DNA from: Thermoproteota archaeon
GTDB taxonomy: Archaea; Thermoproteota; EX4484-205; JAAOZP01
Direction of reading: 5' to 3'
DNA: 17,534 bases
Assembly (NCBI GenBank): GCA_049700215.1
Contig: JBNAVT010000034.1
Location: 1 to 17,534, forward strand
Shown piece by piece: positions 7,095-14,991 of the stretch. Both the position numbers and the translations under genes were made by a program. The notes beneath the pieces were generated by a model. It had not been told where the DNA came from. It worked only from the letters and a program-made list of their open reading frames with translations, and did no database searches. Numbering within the stretch: the first letter of the stretch is position 1; the number at the start of each line of letters is the position of its first letter.

Positions 7095-8423
7095 TTGAGT
7101 GCTTGGACTGATGACGCTGAGTACGTGAGGGTTCTCAAGGAGCTCTACGAGCTGAGGGGGATAAAGCTAGGCTTGGATGTTGTCAAGGGGGTTTTGAACG
7201 AGCTTGGAAACCCGGAGCAGGACTATCCCGTTATCCTAGTAGGGGGTACTAATGGGAAGGGTTCCACCGTCAGCATGATAAGCTCAATCCTGCGCGAGGA
7301 GGGTCTTAGGGTTGGAACTTTCACGAAGCCGCACCTATGCAGGTTCACGGAGAGAATAGTTGTGGACGGCCGGGAAATAACCAGGAGGGAAGTCGTGGAG
7401 ACTTATGAGGAGGTTAAAGAGGCTGGTGAAAAAGTCTCGAGAAGGTTAGGACGCTTTCCAACCTTTTTCGAGTGCAACGTCTCGATGGCGTATAAGTATT
7501 TCTCGATGAAAAACGTTGACGTGGCCGTCGTCGAGGTGGGTATGGGAGGCAGGCTTGATGCGACAAACGCGTGCGACCCGGTGCTTTCAGTCATAACCAA
7601 CGTCTCTTTAGAGCATATGAAGCACCTGGGTGATACTGTTGAGAAAATAGCCTTTGAGAAAGCAGGCATAATAAGGCGTGGACGGCCCACCGTATCAGCT
7701 TGTTCAGGCTCAGCGCTCAGGGTCATAGAGGAGCGCTGCAGGGAGTTGGGCTCAGAGCTTACCCTGGTGCCCAGGGATGTTAAGCACAGGGTTTTAAGGT
7801 CCGACCTGACTGGGATGACTTTGGATGTTGAACTGGGGAGGACACTTTTGAAGAACCTTAGGGTTTCGCTCAGAGGGAGTTTTCAGGCAGCGAACGTATC
7901 GACGGCCATAGCGAGCTATCTCCGGTTCTCCGAGTTAACGGGCGAATCAAACTTTAATGAGGAAGCCGTAAGGAGGGGTCTTGCCAACATTGTTTGGCCG
8001 GGGAGGCTTGAACCCATTAGCAAACGCCCCCTAGTAATATTGGATTGCGCAAAGGATCCGACGGCTGCTGAAGCGTTGTCGTCGAGCATAGAGGAGATGC
8101 TGCCGGGAGCCAGGTTTAAAACAGTCGTCAGCATCTCCTCGGATAAAGAGTACGATAAGATTCTCCGGTCTGTTGCAAGGATCACGGACGAGTTCATCCT
8201 GACTCAGCATGGCGTCATGGGAAGGGCTCTCCCGATTGAGAGGATGAAGGAGGTTTTGAAGAGTCTGAATGCTAAATACAGTTCTGAGCCGACTGTTAAG
8301 CAGGCGGTGTCTCGAGCATTGTCATGTGCTGGGGAAGAAGGTAGAATACTGGTTACGGGCTCGGTTTTCACCGTTGGGGAAGCAAGGCCAATATGGTCGG
8401 GTGAGCCTTACGACGGATTCTGA
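7095..8423 (+). CDS. folC: Folylpolyglutamate synthase / dihydrofolate synthase
   Basis: GTNGKGS P-loop, TFFE, VEVGMGGRLDATN, ITNVSLEH, IAFEKAGI, WPGRLE, TGSVFTVGE. TTG start preceded by SD AGGAGGTG (7078-7085). Confidence 0.95.
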   Translation: MSAWTDDAEYVRVLKELYELRGIKLGLDVVKGVLNELGNPEQDYPVILVGGTNGKGSTVSMISSILREEGLRVGTFTKPHLCRFTERIVVDGREITRREVVETYEEVKEAGEKVSRRLGRFPTFFECNVSMAYKYFSMKNVDVAVVEVGMGGRLDATNACDPVLSVITNVSLEHMKHLGDTVEKIAFEKAGIIRRGRPTVSACSGSALRVIEERCRELGSELTLVPRDVKHRVLRSDLTGMTLDVELGRTLLKNLRVSLRGSFQAANVSTAIASYLRFSELTGESNFNEEAVRRGLANIVWPGRLEPISKRPLVILDCAKDPTAAEALSSSIEEMLPGARFKTVVSISSDKEYDKILRSVARITDEFILTQHGVMGRALPIERMKEVLKSLNAKYSSEPTVKQAVSRALSCAGEEGRILVTGSVFTVGEARPIWSGEPYDGF

Positions 8424-9757
8424 GGCCTCCATATTATCCTAGTCAGTACTCTGGTAGCCGGTACTCCAACCAGCGTGCCGGCTAGGACTAGAAGCATCCT
8501 CTCTATAGGATAAATCCAGAAGACCGTGTACCAGATTTTCTCAAACCCCTCTCTGTTTATCATTCCGGTTAGGCCGAACACGTATTCAAACAGAGCACTA
8601 CCCGTGGAGTGTTGCGCCATGGTTCCGAGTAAGGCGCATCCTGAAAACTTCAATAGTATTGGGTCAGCCTCGTGTCTAAAATTGCTGAGCCTAATGAGAA
8701 TCAGGGAGACAGGCATTGCGACTAGGTGCAGCCAGTGGAATGGCAAGTCCACCTCTAGGCCGAGAAGGTCAAGGTGTATAAGCAGCAGGCTAAAGGGGCC
8801 TGTCATGAAAACGGTTAATGCGGAGACATAGATGAGGAGTGCTAACCATGTTTTCCTCCTCCAGAGCAAACTTACTGTCAGAGTGTTAACCAGCGGTGGT
8901 AGGAAGTCTAGATAAAGAAACCTAGGAGGCTTTATTAAGAAACCTAGAATTGTCCCTAGGAAGATTACGGTGGCTCCGTGGATGGGGCCCAGCAAGACGC
9001 CGTAAAGCGGCAGAATGACGTCTGAAACCGGGAAGCTTCCTCCAGGTACCCCTATGATTGGGAAGGCTGGGATCGCCCTTAGCACGATGAAGAGCGCCAT
9101 GAACAGGGAAGAGGTAGTAAGCTTACGAACGTCGAATGTTTTTTTACTTAAAATCGCTCTCGGTTCTCCAGCGTCGCGCCGTATGATGCTGGATTCGGTA
9201 ACCACGATGTCAACCTTCACATCGTTCTCGTCAACCGGTATGCTGTCGAAAACCTGTTCGGAGAAGGCTAAGCCGACTACTTTCTTCCCTTCGTCAAATC
9301 TCTTTAAAAACCTGTCGAAGTAGCCCTTTCCTCTGCCAAGCCTGTTGCAATTTCTGTCAAAAACCCTCCCAGGAACCACCACAAGGTCTATTTCATCCGT
9401 GCTGACGGTTCTCGCATTCTTGCGATCCGGCTCCTTCACGCCGAATGTTCCGACAACTAGTTCTTCAAGGTTTGTTATCTCGCAGGGAATCAGCTTCCCG
9501 CTTTCTTCATCAACAAGAGGCACCACGACTCTTTTACCGGATTTCAACATATCAGTAATGAGCCCGATCGTATCAACCTCGTCCTCTTTAGAAACGTAAA
9601 CCATGACACACTTTGCCCTCGAGAACTCGTCTAGACTTTTAAGCTTCGAAACCGCTTTCAAGCTCTTATCCTTCCTCTGCTGAACCGACATTGCCAGGAT
9701 CCTTTCCCCTGCTAGTTTCCTGAATTCATTCTTAGCGTTGCCGGAACCCTCGTTCAT
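8408..9757 (-). CDS. Fusion: 5-formyltetrahydrofolate cyclo-ligase + ECF transporter S-component (FolT-like)
   Basis: The N-terminal ~195 aa carry EVDT, G.FGVKEP, VVPGRVFD...RLGRGKGYFDRFL and DVKVD.VVTE (5-FCL/YgfA). The C-terminal ~240 aa are multi-pass membrane with LFMALFIVL...G.LLGP..G (S-component pattern). There is no stop between them. Start reassigned from 9898 to ATG 9757 because TATA TTTTTATA (9788-9781) lies just upstream. Confidence 0.85.
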   Translation of the reverse strand: MNEGSGNAKNEFRKLAGERILAMSVQQRKDKSLKAVSKLKSLDEFSRAKCVMVYVSKEDEVDTIGLITDMLKSGKRVVVPLVDEESGKLIPCEITNLEELVVGTFGVKEPDRKNARTVSTDEIDLVVVPGRVFDRNCNRLGRGKGYFDRFLKRFDEGKKVVGLAFSEQVFDSIPVDENDVKVDIVVTESSIIRRDAGEPRAILSKKTFDVRKLTTSSLFMALFIVLRAIPAFPIIGVPGGSFPVSDVILPLYGVLLGPIHGATVIFLGTILGFLIKPPRFLYLDFLPPLVNTLTVSLLWRRKTWLALLIYVSALTVFMTGPFSLLLIHLDLLGLEVDLPFHWLHLVAMPVSLILIRLSNFRHEADPILLKFSGCALLGTMAQHSTGSALFEYVFGLTGMINREGFEKIWYTVFWIYPIERMLLVLAGTLVGVPATRVLTRIIWRPQNPS

Positions 9758-10101
9758 TCTCAACTGTAAAAGAAGTTCCCTATAAAAACGTTTCATGAAC
9801 ATTGGAAATCCACGTGTTAAAAACGCATGCTCATCCCGGGGTTTGCACTTAAAACGGTTATAAAATTTCAGCTGACGGGAGCAACGGAATCGAAGCATTT
9901 ATAAGGACGTCTCTGTTTGAAGAAGGACACGATGTCTCGTTGGCTTAGAGAAAAGGTAAGGGTTGATGAGTCTGCCACTGGGGATGGGCGTAACTCTCAC
10001 GGTTGGAAAGTAAGCCTCAGTAGGACAAATGGATGCGTCCCCCTCGTTTCAGGGGTTCTTGAATTTGGGTTCGTGATTTACAAGGGCCCAGGTGGTTCCT
10101 G

Positions 10102-10935
10102 ATGGCGGCTAGGATGTTGAGTGGCAAGCCGGTGGCTGACGCGATTCTGGCTGAGGCTAAGGCAAGGATCGAGAAGCTGGGTTTCACACCGTCACTGCAC
10201 ATTATAAAGGCTTCAGGTTCAAAGGCTCAGGATTCTTTCGTTAAGATGAAAGTTAAAGCCTGCAACTCTGTAGGGGGGAGGGCAGTGGTGCATGAGCTTA
10301 ACAATCCTTCCGAGGCCGAGCTCATCTCGCTCATAAAGGAGTTGAATAAGGATACGAGTGTTCACGGGATAGTGGTTCAACTACCACTTCCGAAAAACGT
10401 GTCGCCGCTGAACGTATTAGAAGCCTTAGACGTTAGGAAGGATGTTGACGGTCTACACCCGGTAAACCTTGGAAGATTGTTATCTGGTCGGGAAGCCAGG
10501 CCCACGGCGACGGCAAACGCTGTGATCAGGATTTTAGAGTGGTATGGGATTAACGTAGAAGGTGCTGACGTTGTCGTCGTGAACAACAGTATACTCGTCG
10601 GAAGACCCCTGTTTGCGATGCTCACCTCGCGAATGGCAACAGTCACCGTTTGCCACGTCAAGACTAAAGACTTGAGCGAGAAGACGCTGAAGGCGGATGT
10701 CTTAATCTCTGCAACCGGTGTCCCAAGGCTCATAACCGACAAAATGGTTGCTGAAGGCGCCATAGTAATCGATGCTGGAACCAGCTTCGTCGAAGGCACT
10801 CTCGTTGGGGATGTGGATTTTCAAAGCGTTTCCCAAAAGGTGTCTGCGATAACCCCGGTTCCAGGTGGAGTGGGTCCAGTGACGGTTGCAACCATCATGC
10901 GCAATCTGGTGGAGTGTGCCTCCGAAGCCTCGTAG
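10102..10935 (+). CDS. folD: Methylenetetrahydrofolate dehydrogenase/cyclohydrolase
   Basis: VHGIVVQLPLP, KDVDGLHPVNLG, ATVTVCH, VIDAG, GDVDF, ITPVPGGVGPVT. Confidence 0.95.
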   Translation: MAARMLSGKPVADAILAEAKARIEKLGFTPSLHIIKASGSKAQDSFVKMKVKACNSVGGRAVVHELNNPSEAELISLIKELNKDTSVHGIVVQLPLPKNVSPLNVLEALDVRKDVDGLHPVNLGRLLSGREARPTATANAVIRILEWYGINVEGADVVVVNNSILVGRPLFAMLTSRMATVTVCHVKTKDLSEKTLKADVLISATGVPRLITDKMVAEGAIVIDAGTSFVEGTLVGDVDFQSVSQKVSAITPVPGGVGPVTVATIMRNLVECASEAS

Positions 10936-11588
10936 TGTGCGAATTGCTGAGAATAGGTATACTTGCATCAACCCGCGCCACCGACATGGAGCCCATCCTG
11001 GAGGCGATTAGAAACAAAAGGTTAAATGCTGAAATAGTCTGCCTCATAAGCAATAAGAAGAACGCGTATGCACTGGAGCGGGCGAGACGAAACGGTATAG
11101 AGGCAATATTCATAGACCCTAAGGGTAAGGATCCCGTGGATTACGACATGCAGGTCGCCATAGAGCTTGAGCGTAGGAAGGTTGACCTCGTGCTGCTCAT
11201 AGGTTATAACAGGCTCCTAAGCCCCAAGTTTGTGAAAAAGTTTAGGAATAGGATTATGAATATTCATCCCTCGCTTCTCCCAGCCTTTCCAGGCTGGGAC
11301 CTAAACGTTCATCGCGCAGTGCTTGAATCCGGCGTGAAGATTACAGGTTGCACTCTCCACTTCGTCGACGAGAAGATGGATGCTGGACCGATAATAATAC
11401 AGAAGGCTGTTGAAGTCAGGGAAGACGACGATGAGGAGACTTTGAAGAAGAGGGTTCAAGAGGCTGAGGGTGAAGCCCTGGTTGAAGGGATCCGTCTTTT
11501 CCAGGAAGGAAGAATCATAGTTGAGCAGGGGAAGGCTAGGATACTTCGTGGAGGGGAGACGAAACCCCTACCGGACCGCAGGTGTTGA
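10935..11588 (+). CDS. purN: Phosphoribosylglycinamide formyltransferase (PurN family)
   Basis: MNIHPSLLPAFPG, GVKITGCTLHFVDEKMDAGPII.Q. The likely start is GTG 10935, overlapping the folD stop (TAGTG), or TTG 10944, rather than 10914. Confidence 0.88.
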   Translation: MCELLRIGILASTRATDMEPILEAIRNKRLNAEIVCLISNKKNAYALERARRNGIEAIFIDPKGKDPVDYDMQVAIELERRKVDLVLLIGYNRLLSPKFVKKFRNRIMNIHPSLLPAFPGWDLNVHRAVLESGVKITGCTLHFVDEKMDAGPIIIQKAVEVREDDDEETLKKRVQEAEGEALVEGIRLFQEGRIIVEQGKARILRGGETKPLPDRRC

Positions 11589-11718
11589 AAGAGTTTTCCA
11601 AGCCTACAAGCTTATGTCTTCAGCTGGCTGGCACAACCTGGGAAAAACGTCACGCAGAATGCCAGCAGGCATAGCAAATGTTAAAAGATAATCCTAATTC
11701 GTGTTAATCGCATACTCT

Positions 11719-12633
11719 CTATGCCTTGAATATTTTGAACAATGGATGGTTGCTGGTTAATGGTCTTGTTCCAAACTCCTGCCGCATGCTGTAAGCCACG
11801 TAAGCGTCAGCCAGTGCACAATGGAAATACGCGTTTGAAGCATTGTCTATCGGCCCATATATTACGAAGTTCGCCCCCATGAATATGGGAAGCACGTCGG
11901 CTACGCTGCTTGCGATTGAGAAAAGCGTTTTATCCAATCTGCGTATCTTGTTCCACCTCTGGACTGCGTTGTGCGTCCCCGCCCCGGCTGGTAAACCATA
12001 TTTCTCCTTTACCAGATAGACGACTTTGCTGACCGGCCCTGGGTCGGGGATGTCGAGGACAGTCGCATCCACAAGGATTTTCTCGATGCCCACTTTCGAG
12101 GCTAAGGCTAAAAGCTCGTCAAGCACCTGCATTCTGCCTGCTATCGTAGGGCTTTTAGCGTTGTATGTCAGTAAGACGGCGGACTTAATCCTGGCCTCCC
12201 TGATCGCGGATATCTCAGCCTCTTTAATATGCGGCATTATCGAGTTGTAGACGACGCGTTCAGACAACCCGACTTCACCGACATACCTGGCTCCTGCAAT
12301 CCTCGCCTCCTCAGTAGTCCCATCTATAGCGAGGGGCCCGTCGATCTTGTCAGCCACGAACTCGATGAGTTTTCCAAAAGCCTGGGGCCATGTGCAGCAC
12401 ACGTCTACAATCCTCGGATTACCGGTTTTATCAGATATCTCCCCCTCCTTGTTCAACAGGTCTTCAGCCTTCCCCTTAGAGAACACTCCAGCCTTCTCAT
12501 CCTCAAATATTTTCTGTTTACTATAGAATATGCTTCCTATCATGACGGTGGGTAGTTGACCCGGCTGACCACCAACCTTCACGCCGGCAATGTCAAAAAT
12601 TTTCTGCTCCTGCTTAAACCTGAACATCCTCAT
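11719..12633 (-). CDS. mtrH: Stand-alone MtrH/MtgA-family pterin-binding methyltransferase (probable methylcorrinoid:THF methyltransferase)
   Basis: MFRF..EQ..FDIAGVKVGGQPG.LPTV..GSIFY, IDGT, YNSI, G.G.HNA, GANF..YGPI, HPLFK. No other mtr subunits occur in the window. Confidence 0.85.
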   Translation of the reverse strand: MRMFRFKQEQKIFDIAGVKVGGQPGQLPTVMIGSIFYSKQKIFEDEKAGVFSKGKAEDLLNKEGEISDKTGNPRIVDVCCTWPQAFGKLIEFVADKIDGPLAIDGTTEEARIAGARYVGEVGLSERVVYNSIMPHIKEAEISAIREARIKSAVLLTYNAKSPTIAGRMQVLDELLALASKVGIEKILVDATVLDIPDPGPVSKVVYLVKEKYGLPAGAGTHNAVQRWNKIRRLDKTLFSIASSVADVLPIFMGANFVIYGPIDNASNAYFHCALADAYVAYSMRQEFGTRPLTSNHPLFKIFKA

Positions 12634-12651
12634 CCCTTTCTTCTACCCCCT

Positions 12652-12666
12652 TTTTATACTTTTAGA
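12652..12666 (-). promoter_or_regulatory. TATA promoter of the mtrH-like gene
   Basis: The minus strand reads TCTAAAAGTATAAAA, about 20-30 nt upstream of the ATGs at 12633 and 12627. Confidence 0.5.
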
Positions 12667-12833
12667 ATCTTTCGCGACGAAGCGCCTGAAAAAGCGCGCG
12701 TTTAGAACATAACGCCCTTAGACTAGAGAGGCCGCTTGAGAAACAACCGTTGCGGGGGCTTCCTCAGCCTAACCATTATAGGGCTAAGCGTCCAATATGC
12801 TCGGAATGTTTGGGGGAATGGTGGGCAGATACT

Positions 12834-14570
12834 CTAGAAGAGGCCTCTTATCCTTCCGGTTTCCGTTTCCACATCGACCCCTAGGAAGGCGGGTTTTCTC
12901 GGGAGGCCGGGCATAAGCTGTATTTCGCCGCATATCGGGATAAGGAAGCCGGCTCCAACGAAGGCGAAAACGTCGTTGACTGGAAACGTATAGTTCTTAG
13001 GCACATTCTTCCAGAGAGGGTCATGCGAAAGGGAGAGTGGTGTTTTAGCCATGTTTACCGGAAGCCTGTCGTATCCTAGGCTGCTGTAAAACTCTATCTT
13101 TTCCTCTGCCTCAGGGGAATATTTCACGTCGCCGGCTCCATAGAGCTCAGTAGCTACAGTCTCTATTTTCTCCTTGATAGTGGCTTCATCCGAGTAGAGA
13201 AACTTCAGCTCATGCGGCTTCTTCATCGCTTCAAGAACCTTGTCAACAAGTTCCTGGCAACCCTCCCCTCCTTTGGACCAGGGGTCTACAACGGCAACGT
13301 CGTCGGCGCCAGCCTCAATGGCTTTTTCACACACCAGCCTTATCTCCCTCTCGCTGTCCGTGATAAACCTGTTGATGGCTACTACGGCCGGAATACCGTA
13401 TTTATGGACTATTTCTATGTGTCTAGCTAAATTCTCACAACCCTTTTCAACCGCTTGGAGGTTTTCTGTCTCAGCCGCCTTTTTAACCTTCTTATATGGC
13501 ATTCCTGGGCGAAGCAGGAAGGCGCCGCCATGTTCCTTAAGGGCTCTAACCGTGCAGACGATAACGGCGCAATCAGGCCTTATCTCAGGGGACTGGCGGC
13601 ATACGATGTCGCAGAACTTGGAGAAGCCGCATTCAGAGCCAAACCCGGTTTCGCAGATAACGTAATCCGCAAGCTTCAAAGCCACTAGATCAGCTATGAT
13701 CGAGTTGGTCCCGTGCGCTATGTTTGCAAACGGGAATCCATGGACTAAAACTGGGTGGCCTTCTGTGGATTGGACTAGATTAGGCTTAATGGCTTCCACG
13801 AGCAGGGCGGCCATGGCTCCGGCTACTCCAAGCTCTTCGCACGTTACCGGTTTTCTACTATAGGTGTAGGCGACGACGGCTCTTCCAAGCCTTTTCCTCA
13901 AGTCCTCCAACCCAGTAGCCAATGCGTGGATAGCCGCTGTTTCCGTCGCTACAGTTATGCTCCAGCGCGCCTCCCTAGGGTAACCGTTTGACCTTCCTCC
14001 CAATCCTATGACGACTCGTCTTAAAGCCCTAGCCTCCACATCCATGCAATAGGGCCATTCGATCGATAGGGGGTCGATGCTCAAAGGGTTTCCGTGAAGT
14101 ATGCTGGCATCTATGGCTGCTGCGCAAAGGTTATGGGCAATTTCCACTGCAGGTATGTCTCCCGTGAAATTAAGATTAATCCTGTCCATGGGTAGGGCTT
14201 GAGAGTAGCCGCCGCCGGTTGCACCACCTTTTATTCCGAAGGTAACGCCTTTAGATGGTTCTCGCAGAGTGTTGATAACCCTTAAACCCCTCTCATAGAA
14301 GGCCTGGCCTAAACCTATTGAAACGGTTGTTTTCCCCTCGCCGAGGGGTGTGGGAGTGATTGCCGTTACGATAATCAATTTGCCGCGAGGCCTATTCTTC
14401 AGCCTATTGAGAATTCTCCTGTAATCTACCTTAGCAATGTATTTCCCGTAGTTCTCAAGCTCTTCCTCCAGAATACCGGCTTGCTCAGCAACCTTCTTAA
14501 TCGGGTGGAGCTCGGTTTTATAGGCGATTTCAATGTCGCTCGGCACCGGCCAGCTTTTTATCACCGGCAT
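12834..14570 (-). CDS. fhs: Formate--tetrahydrofolate ligase
   Basis: SDIEIA, YGKYIAKV, TAITPTPLGEGKTT, LREPS.G..FGIKGGATGGGYSQ, PFANIAHG, MAKTPLSLS, MPGLP, GLF*. SD GGAGG upstream. Confidence 0.97.
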   Translation of the reverse strand: MPVIKSWPVPSDIEIAYKTELHPIKKVAEQAGILEEELENYGKYIAKVDYRRILNRLKNRPRGKLIIVTAITPTPLGEGKTTVSIGLGQAFYERGLRVINTLREPSKGVTFGIKGGATGGGYSQALPMDRINLNFTGDIPAVEIAHNLCAAAIDASILHGNPLSIDPLSIEWPYCMDVEARALRRVVIGLGGRSNGYPREARWSITVATETAAIHALATGLEDLRKRLGRAVVAYTYSRKPVTCEELGVAGAMAALLVEAIKPNLVQSTEGHPVLVHGFPFANIAHGTNSIIADLVALKLADYVICETGFGSECGFSKFCDIVCRQSPEIRPDCAVIVCTVRALKEHGGAFLLRPGMPYKKVKKAAETENLQAVEKGCENLARHIEIVHKYGIPAVVAINRFITDSEREIRLVCEKAIEAGADDVAVVDPWSKGGEGCQELVDKVLEAMKKPHELKFLYSDEATIKEKIETVATELYGAGDVKYSPEAEEKIEFYSSLGYDRLPVNMAKTPLSLSHDPLWKNVPKNYTFPVNDVFAFVGAGFLIPICGEIQLMPGLPRKPAFLGVDVETETGRIRGLF

Positions 14571-14991
14571 TATTCAACGCCTCCTTTCCCATGCATGGCA
14601 AATAGCCAACATTTAAGGCTTTCTGAGACTGTGGGGTGCCTTACGCCATCAGTCTTTTAATGACTTCTATATATCTTCCTTAGGTTCCTTTCGATACATA
14701 CAGGTATGAAAATCCAACTCTTAGGGGTTAGCGCGCTTATCATCCATTGTTTTCACGCATCGATACCATAGATAAAATCATTAAATGTCGTAACGGGTTT
14801 AATTTGCTCAGTAATCGTCTCTTTCCTCGGCAACAATTTCTACGCTTGGGTCGCATGCTCTGATCAGAACCCTCATCATCCAGAGGGCTTCCTCCCTCCC
14901 GTTCAAAGGATTTTAAGCATGTTAGCGGTTTCTGAATGCAATCTGGTGCGCGACGCAAATAAGATGTTTTTCTCTCTTGTCTCTTTCCGTC

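Noticed and set aside
9790-9898. THF riboswitch-like words (UUAAGUGC...CGGGAUG on the minus strand) upstream of the FolT-like fusion
   Set aside because: The rest of the THF-I consensus and its pairings are absent, and a TATA box at 9788-9781 implies a leaderless transcript that excludes this region.
9758-9898. 47-aa N-terminal extension of the 496-aa ORF
   Set aside because: It does not resemble 5-FCL and spans promoter elements; ATG 9757 is the more plausible start.
11589-11718. GCTGGCA/TGCCAGC inverted repeat between convergent purN and mtrH-like genes
   Set aside because: A short stem with a long loop; at most a termination-region structure.
11719-12633. Evidence of methanogenesis (Mtr complex)
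   Set aside because: Only an MtrH homologue is present; there is no mtrA-G or mcr in the window and the context is folate-based.
14620-14670. Fluoride riboswitch-like TAATGACTTCTA
   Set aside because: The 5' GAUG/P1 element is missing, and no gene lies downstream on that strand.
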